This document shows, piece after piece, positions 25,470 through 39,100 of a stretch of DNA of 64,000 bases; positions within the stretch are counted from its first letter, which is position 1; each line of letters begins with the position of its first letter. A program made the position numbers and the translations under genes. The stretch is from Isurus oxyrinchus (Eukaryota), in assembly GCA_026770705.1 (NCBI GenBank), contig JANJGN010000021.1:88970001-89034000 (forward strand), given 5' to 3'. Below the pieces are notes generated by a model. That model ran no database searches. It had not been told where the DNA came from and saw nothing but the letters and a program-made list of their open reading frames with translations.

Positions 25470-28400
25470 ATTGAAACTAAGTGCGGTGGCGGGAATGAGT
25501 CACAGTGCGTATCCCGCTGGTTGGAATGGTGGGAAATCGCGCCCGATTCCGCGCTTGGGAACTCGGTAATTATGCACGGGTGAGTTTGTCCCTGAATCGC
25601 CTGGCGGGTTTGGGAGCTGATTTGTCTGCACCGGGGTTACCTGGTGGGGTCGAAGGTCCAGGCGCCACATTTAAACTCCACTCAGACATGCACACCTCAT
25701 CTCTCCAGCCAGCCTGTCTCCAGTGACAGGAGCAGAGATGTCTTCCAGCCAAGAGGAGAAGGCTACAAGCCTAAAGAAGAAGGCAGCACCCCGCTTCAGC
25801 CAGGGGCCCTTTAGCCAAGCTCAGAGGAGTGCGGGCGCTCCTATAACCCAGGATAAAAGCAAAATATTGCGGAAGCTGGATATCTGAAAGAAAAACAGGG
25901 AACGCTGGTAAACTCAAGAGGTCTGGCAGCATCTGCGGGGAGAGAAATAAAGTTAAAGTTTCTAGTCCATATGGCTCTTCTTCAGAGCACAGGGATAGTT
26001 CCAGAGAGCAAACGGCTTCACCTTTCCGGCCTCGGGGTCCATCGCAGGGGACGTCAGCATGGCTGGTCACCATGCCCGAAACATTATCCAGCTCAGGAAG
26101 AGGATGAATGATCTGATCCGCTCCGCCAAGGTAAATCATCCTTCAACTTCCTCCAATATCAAACTCTCATCATGGCATCATGCACTCAAAGGGCTCCTCT
26201 CTTCATGGACCTTACTCAACCATTAGCGGGGGGACACAAATCAACACTGATTGTCTCATGGAAACTTTCGCATCACCACCATCCCATCTATCGTGCTGCT
26301 CACACTCCATCCTCAGCCCCTTCTGGGGGAGGGCTCACCACACACAGGGGACATGCATCTTTCCCAGCCTCTGCTCCACCCCTTCCCATCACTTGCCTTT
26401 CTTTTGTCTTCATCCAGGGCAAGGCTGCACACGGCAGGTGGGAAAGAGCGCAGAGCTGGGGGAGGCACGGCCGACACAATTGCCCTCACTGAATTTGAGG
26501 AGGCTTCTACCGGGATAACTGGAGAGGAAAGGGATCATTCCTGTGAGGAAGGGGAGATCGGATTGTCTCAGCAGCCTAGCATGGATCACAGCTCCATCAG
26601 TTCATCACATCCTGCCAATCACAGTGAGTCATGTACAGTTTTCTAATCCACATGCTCATCTACTAAAATTCCCATCTCTCTCTTCTAGGCACAGCAGATT
26701 GAAGCCCACAAGGGTGGCCAGCAGAATTCCCAGCCCCCACACCAGGCCAGAAGAGGAAGCTCTGGAATAACCGTCATAGCGCCCACCCACACCCTCCACA
26801 AGTGCAGAGACACACACCTTGGTGGAGCATGGTTCTACATTAGGCTCGGGTTCACTTACTGTGGAACACCTCACTGACACACCCCTGCAGCAGTCGGAGG
26901 CAGGGACAGCCCAGGTCTCCGTCATTCAGAGGGCTGCTGGAGACCAGCCACCCGCTCAGTCCGAGCCTGATGATGAGCCCCTATGAGCAGACGCCGGCTC
27001 GGTGCTGGAGATACAACAACAGGCAGAGATTCGGCTGTCACTCAGCAGACTGGAGCGAAGGATGGAGGAGTCAGTCCACGTTCTGCCTGATGTTGTGGCT
27101 CTCACATGCCAGTGCCTCGAGATCACCATGAGAAGGTGAGCGACCGCCATGGAGACCTTGGCTCAGCAGGCTTTGCAGGATTTGCGCTCGGCCCTGCACT
27201 TCATGGCCACACACCCTGGTGGGCACCATCGAGATGTAGGTGATGGGGGGGTAGGGGCGAGATGCTCCTTCTCCTCAAGGAGTCAGGGCAGGGCCCTCAG
27301 GTGCCCATAGAGAGGATGACCGTCAGCCGGACACCCCAGGGACTTCCTTTCAGGATGCTCCAGTGGTGTCCAGGTGCTCAGAGTCCCCTCTGCCTGTTAC
27401 CCCATCAACTCCAGCTGCTCAGAGTGAGGGAGGGGGTGTGCACCTGCCCCTGAGCAGGAGAGCCTTCGCAGGCTGGGGCCTCCAGGCCTTGGGCCACGAA
27501 AGAACGCCTACCAAGGTCACCGCAGACATCAGGATGAAAGCAGTCAGCAGGCTCCAGCTCCAGCTCTGCCATGGATGTCAGGCCTGCACCCAGGAGCCGT
27601 GGTGGAGTTAGGAAAATTGAGAAATATTGAAATCACTTTTGGCTTACGTGTGTGCTACAACCGTAAAAATATTGCACTTTTGTAAATACATTTGATGTTT
27701 ATGTGAATGGCTTGGCCAACTGAAGGCATTGTGATTATGTACATTTGAATTTTCTTATCTCATAGTTTACTCACCCTCCCACTCCGTGATGTGAATCTCA
27801 CTGAAGATTTCACACCCTTGTTTGATGTCAGGAAGGTGTTAAAACCTTTGTTGGAAGTGTGCAATTTATGCACTGGAATCTCGCAGTCTGGCTATCTTTG
27901 TTCAGAACGAACCTCACGTATTGATGTGTCTTGCTGTAGAATGCACCTGTGACCACCTTGATGCATCTGTGTGGTGCGGACTGTGAGATACTGTGCAGGT
28001 CCCCTGTGGATCCCTGGAATGACCCACAGGCAAATAAAACTGAGTGTGGTGGTCACCTTTAAAGCCACTGGCAGGGGATAGCCTCCAACTCCATGGGGCT
28101 TCAGATCTTCATGATGATTGTGGTAGATGTGATATACCGGGGCTTGGGACAAGTGCAGATGTGCATAGCATTCTCTCTCGTTCTTTTGTAAATAGGAGAG
28201 TTTTCTTTGGTATACCCTAGGTCTGGCAAGTTGCCTCCATGGTTTGGTTCTCTCCCCCTGACCCTCTTGTTCTTGCTCTGGCCCCGTTTAACGCTGGACC
28301 TCAGACAGGGCCTATACCTGGAGCCACGCTCATCGTTGCCTCTCCCTCCTTCACCTCCTCCATTGCATTAGGATCCTCAGAATGGCAGCATTGAGCCCTG

Positions 28401-28510
28401 GATCCATATTTCTTTAACCTTCTCTCTGAAATGAAAGATTGAAGATATTCGTGATTAACAGTCAGGATAGTGTGGCTCAAAATCTGTTACCGATAGCAAC
28501 TGTAAATGGC
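25470..28510. mobile_element. Harbinger element: Myb/SANT-like ORF (+, about 25738-27620, spliced) convergent with HARBI1-like transposase remnant (-, about 27890-28410)
   Basis: KKKAAPRFS, RKRMNDLIRSAK, ALTEFEE on +; DLKPHGVGGYPLPVALKVTTTLSF on -; a PLE terminus is inserted at about 25853-25989. Confidence 0.85.
25853..25989 (-). mobile_element. Penelope-like terminus with degenerate hammerhead fold
   Basis: Reverse complement reads CUGAAGA-A-GAGCC(AUAUG)GACUA-GAAA-CUUU-AACU. Confidence 0.75.
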
Positions 28511-29462
28511 TATCATGGTTTGTGCCCTACTTGCATTATGGCAGATGGAGCCTAGATTCTGAGACGCTATTACGCACATTGTGGTGACCAAGATGCCATT
28601 GCAGATACTTAGTGGCATGAGAAGGTTTGAATAACATGCGATACCTTATCTAGCTCAGAGCTACAGTCTCTGGCCCGGAATTCTAATCAACAATAAGTTG
28701 CTCATGATTAATGACTGGATGACCTTTGGCTCGTTATGAATGTCAATTCTGGAGATCACATGACAGCTCCCCCATTGATGGAATGTCATATATGCTGCAC
28801 CTATGTCTTGTTAATGGTCGCCTGCATTTCCAAGTTTTCCGTTCCTGTGTGTTTATGTTGAGATGCAGCGACTATGATGTTAAACCATTGATTTCTGTTA
28901 CAGCGCTGATAAAGACACCGGCTTCCAATGGCTTTCTACCCAAGGAGGTCTTCCTCCTTTTCTCCAATCAGACTCTACTTTGCGGCACCAACAAGTTAGA
29001 GGGCACCCCCAGAAAGGGCACCTCCAGCAGTGCGCTCCTCCCACATAGCCTCACACTGCTCTCATTCAGAATCACTTCCACATTTGATCTATAACTGCAC
29101 CATAACTCCAATACAGCAAGATGGCGGTCCTGCACTATTATTTCAAACTGAACTTCAATGCTCCCTCTCTCACTGCGCGTGTCCCAGAAATCTACCTGGA
29201 ACCTCACGGTGTGAAGGTGGAGCTCCCTCCTGCTATTCTCCAGCCTCCCCCAGTAATACTGGATCCCATCATTGTTCTTTTCAACGTTCCTATCCTCCCA
29301 ACTGTGTCCACCACTACTGGCGTGCCCATGCCCCATGTGGATGTTTACTCTTCCCATCTAGAAGCTGGGTGCACGGTCACCTACCAAGGTGAACCACCCC
29401 CTGCCAGGAAAGCTTCACATACCCACCCCCGCACCACCCCCCACCCCCCCTCCCACTTTAAT

Positions 29463-30672
29463 ATATGTCCTGTATATAAAAAGCAGGACAAATCCAACCC
29501 GGTCAATTACCGCCCCATCAGTCTACTCTCAATCGTCAGTAAAGTAATGGAAGGGGTCATCAACAGTGCTATCAAGCAGCACTTGCGTAGCAACAACCTG
29601 CTCACTGACACCCAGTTTGGGTTCTGCCAGGGCCACTCAGCTCCTGACCTCATTACAGCCTTGGTTCAAATGGACAAAAGAGCTGAACTCCCAAGTCAGG
29701 ATGGTGAGTGGTTTGGAGGGGAACTTCCAGGTGGTTGTGTTCCCATCTATTTGCTGCCCTTGTCCTTCTGGATGGTAGTGCTCATGGGTTTGGAAGGTGC
29801 TGTCGAAGGAGCCTTGGTAAATTCCTGCAGTGCATCTTGTAAATGTTACACACTGTTGCAACTATGCGTCGGTGGTGGAAGGAGTGCTGTTTCTGGATGT
29901 GGTGCCAATAAAGTGGGCTGCTTTGTCCTGGATAGTGTCAAGCTTCTTGAGTATTGTGGGAGCTGCACTCATTCAGACAAGTGGGGAGTATTCCATCATA
30001 CTCCTGACTTGTGCCTTGTAGATGATGGACAGGCTTTAGAGAGTCAGGAGGTGCATTACTCATCACACGATTCCTAGCCTCTGACCTGCTCTTGTAGCCT
30101 CAGCATTTATATGGCTTGTCTGGTTCAGTTTCTGGTCAATGGTAATCCCAGGATGTTGATAGTGGGGGATTCAGTGATGGTAATGCCATTGAACATCAAG
30201 AGGCAATGGTTAGATTCTCTCTTGTTGGAGATGGTCATTGCCTGACACTTGTGTGGCACGAATGTTACTTGCCACTTGTCTGCCCTAGCCTGGATATTGT
30301 CCAGGTTTTGCTGCATTTGGACATGGACTGTTTCAGTAACTGAGGAGTCGCGAATGGTGCTGAACATTGTGCAATCATCAGCGAACATCCCCACTTCTGA
30401 CCTTATGATGGAAGGATGCTTGGGAACACCACCAACTGGAAGTTCCCCTTCCAAGTCACTCAACATCCTGACTTGGAAATATATCGCTGTTCCTTCACTG
30501 ACACTGAGTCAAAATCATGGAATTTCCTCCCTAACAGCACTGTGGGTGTACCTACACCACATGGACTGCAGCGGTTCAAGGAGGCAGCTCACCACCACCT
30601 TCTCAAGGGCAGCTAGGGTTGGGCAATAAATGCTGGACCAGCCAGCCAAGCCCACACCCCCGAATGAATAAA
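29463..30672. mobile_element. L2/CR1-clade LINE with internal inversion (+ 29463-29690, - 29690-30415, + 30415-30672)
   Basis: PVYKKQDKSNPVNYRPISLLS on +; IIRSEVGMFADDCTMF on -; 3' tail on +. Confidence 0.85.
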
Positions 30673-30869
30673 AAACATGTGATCACCAAATACAGGCTGC
30701 AGACCCCTCCCGTTACCATCACCATTCCATCTGCAGCCCAGTACAGAGAGGGACAAGCCCAAGGACAGTGACTATAAGACAGCCTCACACCAAGCTGCAT
30801 TATTCCTATTGAGCACACAGCCCTTGCTCCTCCCTGGAGCTGGAGTACACTGTGCTCTCAATGATTAGT

Positions 30870-31290
30870 CCTGCAGCCTGCTCGCTGTGCCCCAGGGCTG
30901 TCTCCACTCTCTGACTTCTGACTGTGAGGTCCACATGGACCATGGACAGCCTGTACTCTCTGACACCTTTTCACAGAGTCTCAGGAGTGTCTGTACTCTC
31001 TGACTCCTTTCCACATCACCACAGGAGTGCCTGTACTCTCTGACTCCTTTCCACATCACCACAGAAGTGTCTGTACTCTCTGACTCCTTTCCACATCACC
31101 ACGGGAGTGCCTGTACTCTCTGACTCAATTTCACAGAGTCCCAGGTGTGCCTGTACTCTCTGACTCCTTTCAGAGTCCCAAGAGTGTCTCTGCTCTCTGA
31201 CTCCTTTTCACGGAGCCCCAGGAGTGTCTCTGCTCTCTGACTCCTTTTCACGGAGCCCCAGGAGTGTCTCTGCTCTCTGACTCCTGACTG
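30870..31290. repeat. About 39-41 bp minisatellite (GAGTGTCTGTACTCTCTGACTCCTTTTCAC...)
   Basis: About 10 units directly visible. Confidence 0.9.
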
Positions 31291-31299
31291 CAAGCCCCA

Positions 31300-32328
31300 G
31301 ACCAAGGACTTTGACTTTTACAAAGTTCCCCATTGCCCCCATGACTGAAGACTACACTGTCTCCCTTCCTGCCACCACCACCCCCTCTTATGAGCCTCCG
31401 TGTGAACCATCCCTCTTGTGCCACACTAACAACTTCCTCCCACATCTCCAATTCCAGAGTCTGCGTACAACCGCTCCCATTCATACGTGTGGTAACCTAG
31501 TCACCCCTTTGTCAGCGATTCTTTTACCCTTGTCGGGCTCCGACTCCCCACCCTTTAGTCTACCATCTGCCTTCCATCGTTCCCGCTCCTCCTCCGTCTC
31601 CTTACAACCCTTCCTGCCCCTCTGCCTTCCATTCCCCTTCCCCCCCCCAACCCAACCTTTGCAAAGTCTTCCTTACCCTACCACCCACCACCCCCCGCTG
31701 TGTGTTCCCCTTCACCGCCACCCCCCACAAACCCACCCCGCTCAAAATTCTGGTCGCTGTGAGTACCGCTGCACAGCGGTGTCCTCTGGAGAATGGAGCA
31801 GGCCACCCCTACAAACTCAGGCCCGCCTGAGTCCCGCTTCCCAGTGGCGTCCTCGTGACTCGGAGGCAACAACCATGAGTAACCAACCAGCCGCCTCCCG
31901 GCCCAGCAGTGCGGCGTTCCACTGGCACCGTCACGAGACCGGGAAGCGCCGTGGCGGGTGGGCCCCACGTGTGTTGCGCTCACTCCGAAGTCGCGAGTGA
32001 AGCGGAATCCGGGCCGGCGCGGGCCAACTCGCTCTTCCCAAGCGAGGCTCGAGCCGACGTGGTTTCCCCGCTGGAGGTGACGCAAGCTTTGGAAAGCCTC
32101 ACGTGATTCCGGCGAGCGGCTGATTGGACGAGCCTTTGTGAGATGCAAATGGCGTCCACGCCGCGAGGCCGCCGCTGGAGAGCTGACCCGCCATTGTGGG
32201 GGGGGGGGGGGCGTTTGCAAACGAGCTTGACACTGGCGCGTATCTGATTCTTTTTTTTGGGCTCCTGCTGGATTCTCCACTCCCGCCTGCCAGGAAACCC
32301 ACCGCCAGGATGGGAAAATTCCACCCCC
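31300..32328. mobile_element. GC/CpG-rich end of a Harbinger-like element
   Basis: Terminus gggaaaattccacccc at about 32312-32327, similar to the MITE TIR and to ataattccaccc at 35081-35092. Confidence 0.55.
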
Positions 32329-32339
32329 TAGAAACCTAG

Positions 32340-35092
32340 GTCATGCATTCCCCCATGTTGGAGGCAGCTCATTCAATCACTCGCTCTCTCCTCTCTCACT
32401 TACAGGTGCCCGCAGGGAGAGGACAAGGGAAGGAGAGGAGATTGCAAACCTCCCAGCCCGCAGAGGACTGAGGATATTGGTGAAGAGGCAGAAAGTGCAC
32501 TTGTGGAGGCGTCACACCGGTCACCTGCACCTCCCGCCAGTGCACCGACCCACCTGCATACCCACACACCTCGCTGGGCACTAGATGTAGTTCAGGCAGT
32601 GTCTCGCATTCTGGTGGTCACCGCACAGGCGCGCGCGTCCACAGCAGGAGGAGGCAGGGTCCGCCAAGCGCACTGGCACTCGGGACTGCTGGGGAAGAGG
32701 CATTTGCATTTGTCGGACGATGTGCCTCTGGGATCGGCCCTGCACCAGATGCTTGGGAAGTTGCTGGAGGCGGGGGAACCTCAGGCAGAGTTGGCGGAGG
32801 CCCTCAACAGAGTGACATGTGAGGTGGAGGAGTGTGTTTGCCTGCTCTCTGATGAAGTGCTGCCAACATGTACGCATATTGAGGTCTCCATGGGGAGGGC
32901 GACAGACGCCATGGAGACCCTGGTCCAGTGAAACGCACAGCTTCTGCCAGAGATGCAGCCAGACCTGCACTCCATCACACTGCAGCTATGGGTGATCTTT
33001 TGCAGTGGCTGCACAACAGGCGGGGGGGGGGGGGGGGGGGTCGGGGGGGAAATGGGGCACCTCGGCCTCCCTCTGGGTGCCCCTTCCCCTCAAGGGGTCA
33101 GTGAGGGGCCACCGCTGGGACCTCCAGTCAGGGCATTCTGAGGGTGTCTGGCCCTCCGGAACCTCCCTTGCCTGTGACCCCCTTCAGCTTTGCCCTGTGT
33201 GACCGCAGAGGGAGCAGCTGCCCCACAGCAGGGCAGCCAAGGTCAGCCAGGCCTTGGGTCGCCAGAGGACGGATGCCAAGGTCGTCCAAGACAACAGTGA
33301 AAGCTGGTCAGCAGGCTGCCCCCACCCCTGCTGCAGGTGTGGGGGGACCACCTCCAACAAGTGGTAAGGAATGCAAGATGAAGAAGTTGAATTTCAGCTG
33401 TGGTTGCATGTACACTACAATTGTTAATCTCATGACACTTTTGTACTTGACTGAGGTCTGGTGTGGATAATTTGTGACCTAATCCTTAAGCCTGTGGGCT
33501 GCCTCAACCCCCCCACCCCATCTCCCACCATTTTCTGATGGACTCCCCGGGCTGGGTATATGTACCCCGGAATCGTGCTTGTGCAGGGAGGCAAGGCTAT
33601 TTGCCAGGGCCCTTGCCAGCCAAGTGCAATAAGTCACTCATGCACACTGAGCCTTTGCCCCTCGCACGCTCATCTGTCCCAATGCCCTCGCACTATAAGT
33701 ACCACCTGCTGGGGCTCCCCTTTGGTTGTCCAGTTGAGATGACCTGCAGCTCCGCCCACTCCCGATGACCCAACTCCCATGTAGCACCTCGAGACCGCCA
33801 TCAGGAGGCTCTGGATAATTGTGAGCAGCCATGTTACATTTGAAGTGTGATCCAATAGCTTTACCCCTGCCCCCATGACCCTCCTCCCCATAGCCATTGA
33901 CCCCCTCCTCCAGGTGTAACATTTGACCTTCCAAAGTTCCCCTTCAACCCACCCCATCATCCTCCGTCCCATGCAGGTGAATGCCCACACCTCCCACCTT
34001 CCTGAGGAGCCCACCCCCTCTTGCTGCCTACCTCCAGAATCCACTTTTACTTCTGTGTCCCCTCCAACAACCCCCAGCGCCCCTTCACCAGTCATCGACG
34101 GACCATCACCCTTCCACCCTACCGGCTCCTGCTGCTGCCTTTAACCCACACCATCCCTTCCTATCAACAATTCTCTCAGCATGCACCCAGGACTCATCAG
34201 CTGACACCATGGACACCTCCCTCTGAATCCCTTTCCCCTCTTTGCCCCATGCCCATTCTCACCTGCACACCCACCATGCACATTCACACATGCACACCCA
34301 CTCCATGCCCATCCACACCTGTACACCCACCCCATTCCTGTCCACACATGCACCCACCCCATGCCCGTCCACACATGCACACCCACACCATGCCCGTCCA
34401 CACATGCACACCCACCCCATGCCCATCCACACATGCATGCCCACCCCATGCCCATCCACACATGCACTCCCACCCCATGCCCGTCCACACCTGCACATCC
34501 CACCCCCCTCCCCCCAGGCCTTGATACCCACCCCTCCTCTTCATTGCTCTCCTCCCCATCAAATACCCCGCCCCCAGCACAGACTATTGCTGCCCAACCG
34601 TACCTTATGCAGCCATCCCACTGCAGTGTGAAGATCCACCTCCTGGAAGCTGCAGTTTGAAGATCCACCTCCTGGAAGCTCCTGCAGTGAGAAGATCCAC
34701 TTGGTTGATGCTCCACCCACCCGCTGCTCCATGTGCTATTCCAGGCTCCGGTTCCTGGAAGCTTCCATCTTCCTCAGGCCTTCTTCCAGGTGAGTACCGA
34801 CATATCCAGTCCACATTGGTCTGGATGTGTTCCGGGCTAGCGTGATATCCCCTGGATAATTGGACACAGGGGGACAATTCCAGTCGGACCTTCATCTGCA
34901 TCCCATTAATGGGATGTGAAACAGTTTGATGCCGGCCTCTAGCGGGAATGGCGTGCTGCCCTGACAAGCGGGAACACTCATTTCCTCCATCATTTCCTGC
35001 CAGCGGGAAACTGATTTTTTTTAACTTCCACTGCATTGTCGCCCCTCGCTCGCCATTAAACCCACCTTTCTTGGGACTAGATAATTCCACCC
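32340..35092 (+). mobile_element. Harbinger-like element, same family as 8720-12136
   Basis: AELAEALNRVTCEVEECVCLLSDEVLPT vs AELLEALYRVACESEECVHLFSDEVVPT; shared downstream blocks; terminus ataattccaccc. Confidence 0.78.
34245..34505. repeat. About 28-bp minisatellite (CACACATGCACACCCACCCCATGCCCGTC)
   Basis: About 9 units visible. Confidence 0.9.
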
Positions 35093-35894
35093 ATACCATT
35101 TGAAGTAATTACTACTGTTGCACTCTATTTCTTTTATGCCATAATTAAGTTTTCCACCCATCCCTTTAAACCATTTAACAAATGTCTACCATCCCATTAA
35201 AGTAATAAGTATACTTACGCCATGCCTGTAAATTAATAAATACATTTGCAACTGAGCTTTTTAAATGTGTGACTGAGTAAATGATCTTGCTTGCCATCTG
35301 ATGGAGGGGTTCATGTGAAGGTTTAAAAGGTCAATTTGAATAGAATACAGAAAATAACATCAGTGGTTACACCTCAAATGTGCTCATTTGACTGTGAAGT
35401 CCTTGGGACGCTCTGAGTTTGGGAAATGGAGTATATAAATGCAAGTTTCTCTTTCATTTTCTTCATAAGGACAGTAATTGGGTTTCACTTAAACTAGAAA
35501 TGGAAAGGTGAATAGGGGTCTCAGTGAAACAGAGTTGCTGTTCATCAAGGGTTCCCCTCACTTTCTTCCTGACCCCAGCTGTCAAAAAAGCTTTGCCCAA
35601 CGTTACCCCATTTGCATTTTTGCATCTTCAGAGAAGGTGATTCAGTGAGGCGGCAGCTGCCCCCACATCTGCTTGTAAGATCACTATGGCTGATTTTACA
35701 GATGTGGGCTGCTGGTAGGGAGACTTGTTTTCTAGAAAACTACTCGAACAATCACAAACCAGAGGGAGTGAGATAGCTGCCTGGGTTGACCACGCTTCCC
35801 ATTCTGCATCCCTCCAATCTACACCTTACACAAAGACACTTCTGAGATGCTGGATATGGAGCTAATCCCTCTCACTCCATGACTGAAACTGTTC

Positions 35895-36130
35895 CACACT
35901 GAATAACGAGGGGAAGTTCACTGCTTTCACTGAATAACAGGAGAAAGTTGCCCCTCTCACTGAACATCATGGAGAACTCCCCACCCCCAAACTCCCACAT
36001 TCATTGGATAAGATGGGGAAGTTGCCCCTCAGTGACTAACATGGGGAATCTGCCCCTCAATGAATAACATGGGGAAGTTTCCCCTCAATGAATAACATGG
36101 GGAATCTGCCCCTCAATGAATAAAATGGGG
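35895..36130. repeat. About 29-bp tandem repeat (TGAATAACATGGGGAAGTTGCCCCTCAA)
   Basis: About 7 imperfect units running directly into the 15-bp satellite. Confidence 0.8.
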
Positions 36131-39100
36131 AACTATAGAATGGATAACTATAGAATGGATAACTATAGAATGGATAACTATAGAATGGATAGCCATAGAA
36201 TGGATAACTATAGAATGGATAACTATAGAATGGATAGCCATAGAATGGATAACTATAGAATGGATAACTATAGAATGGATAACTATAGAATGGATAGCCT
36301 TAGAATGGATAGCCATAGAATGGATAACTATAGAATGGATAGCCATGGAATGGATAACTATAGAATGGATAGCCATGGAATGGATAACTATAGAATGGAT
36401 AGCTATAGAATGGATAGCCATAGAATGGATAACTATAGAATGGATAGCCATAGAATGGATAACTATAGAATGGATAACCATAGAATGGATAACTATAGAA
36501 TGGATAACTATAGAATGGATAACTATAGAATGGATAGCCATAGAACAGATAGCCATAGAATGGATAACTATAGAATGGATAGCCATAGAATGGATAGCTA
36601 TAGAATGGATAGCCATAGAATGGATAGCCATAGAAAGAATAGCCATAGAATGGATAACTATAGAACAGATAGCCATAGAAAGCATAGCCATAGAATGGAT
36701 AGCCATAGAATGGATAACTATAGAATGGATAGCCATAGAACGGATAGCCATAGAATGGATAACTATAGAACGGATAGCCATAGAATGGATAGCCATAGAA
36801 TGGATAGCCATAGAATGGATAGCCATAGAATGGATAGCCATAGAATGGATAACTATAGAATGGATAGCCATAGAACAGATAGCCATAGAATGGATAACTA
36901 TAGAATGGATAGCCATAGAATGGATAACTATAGAATGGATAGCCATAGAATGGATAGCCATAGAATGGATAACTATAGAATGGATAGCCATAGAACGGAT
37001 AGCCATAGACTGGATAACTATAGAATGGATAGCCATAGAATGGATAACTATAGAATGGATGGCCATAGAAAGGATAACTATAGAATAGATAGCCATAGAA
37101 TGGATAGCCATAGAATGGATAACTATAGAATGGATAGCCATAGAATGGATAACTATAGAATGGATAGCCATAGAATGGATAGCCATAGAATGGATAACTA
37201 TAGAACGGATAGCCATAGAACGGATAACTATAGAATGGATAGCCATAGAATGGATAGCCATAGAATGGATAACTATAGAATGGATAGCCATAGAACGGAT
37301 AGCCATAGATTGGATAACTATAGAATGGATAACTATAGAATGGTAAACCATAGAATGGATAGCCATAGAATGGATAGCCATAGAATGGATAGCCATAGAA
37401 TGGATAGCCATAGAATGGATAACTATAGAACGGATAGCCATAGAAAGGATAGCCATAGAATGGATAACTATAGAAAGGATAGCCATAGAACGGATAACTA
37501 TAGAATGGATAGCCATAGAATGGATAACTATAGAATGGATAACTATAGAATGGATAGCCATAGAATGGATAGCCATAGAATGGATAACTGTAGAATGGAT
37601 AGCTATAGAATGGATAGCCATAGAAAGGATAGCCATAGAATGGATAACTATAGAATGGATAGCCATAGAAAGGATAGCCATAGAATGGATAACTATAGAG
37701 TGGATAGCCATAGAATGGATAGCCATAGAATGGGTAACTATAGAATGGATAGCCATAGAATGGATAGCCATAGAATGGATAACTATAGAATGGATAGCCA
37801 TAGAATGGATAACTATAGAATGGATAACTATAGAATGGCTAACTATAGAATGGATAACTATAGAATGGATAGCCATAGAATGGATAACTATAGAATGGAT
37901 AGCCATAGAATGGATAACTATAGAATGGATAACTATAGAATGGATAACTATAGAATGGATAGCCATAGAATGGATAACTATAGAATGGATAACTATAGAA
38001 TGGATAGCTATAGAATGGATAGCTATAGAATGGATAACTATAGAATAGATAGCTATAGAATGGATAACTATAGAACGGATAGCCATAGAATGGATAACTA
38101 TAGAATGGATAGCCATAGAATGGATAACTATAGAATGGATAGCCATAGAATGGATAGCCATAGAATGGATAACTATAGAATGGATAACTATAGAATGGAT
38201 AACTATAGAATGGATAGCCATAGAATGGATAGCCATAGAACGGATAACTATAGAACGGATAGCCATAGAATGGATAACTATAGAATGGATAGCCATAGAA
38301 TGGATAACTATAGAATGGATAGCCATAGAATGGATAACTATAGAATGGATAGCCATCGAATGGATAACTATAGAATGGATAGCCATAGAATGGATAACTA
38401 TAGAATGGATAACTATAGAATGGATAGCCATAGAATGGATAACTATAGAATGGATAGCCTTAGAATGGATAGCCATGGAATGGATAACTATAGAATGGAT
38501 AGCCATAGAACGGATAGCCATAGACTGGATAACTATAGAATGGATAGCCATAGAATAGATAACTATAGAATGGATGGCCATAGAAAGGATAACTATAGAA
38601 TAGATAGCCATAGAATGGATAGCCATAGAATGGATAACTATAGAATGGATAGCCATAGAATGGATAACTATAGAATGGATAGCCATAGAACGGATAGCCA
38701 TAGAATGGATAACTATAGAACGGATAGCCATAGAAAGGATAGCCATAGAATGGATAACTATAGAAAGGATAGCCATAGAATGGATAACTATAGAATGGAT
38801 AGCCATAGAACGGATAGCCATAGATTGGATAACTATAGAATGGATAACTATAGAATGGAAAACCATAGAATGGATAGCCATAGAATGGATAACTATAGAA
38901 TGGATAACTATAGAATGGATAGCCATAGAATGGATAACCATAGAATGGATAACTGTAGAATGGATAGCTATAGAATGGATAGCCATAGAACGGATAGCCA
39001 TAGAATGGATAACTATAGAATGGATAGCCATAGAAAGGATAGCCATAGAATGGATAACTATAGAACGGATAGCCATAGAATGGATAGCCATAGAATGGAT

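Noticed and set aside
29121-30077. 318-aa ORF as a host-LINE fusion gene
   Set aside because: Chance read-through of unrelated sequence, a LINE RT fragment and an inverted LINE segment
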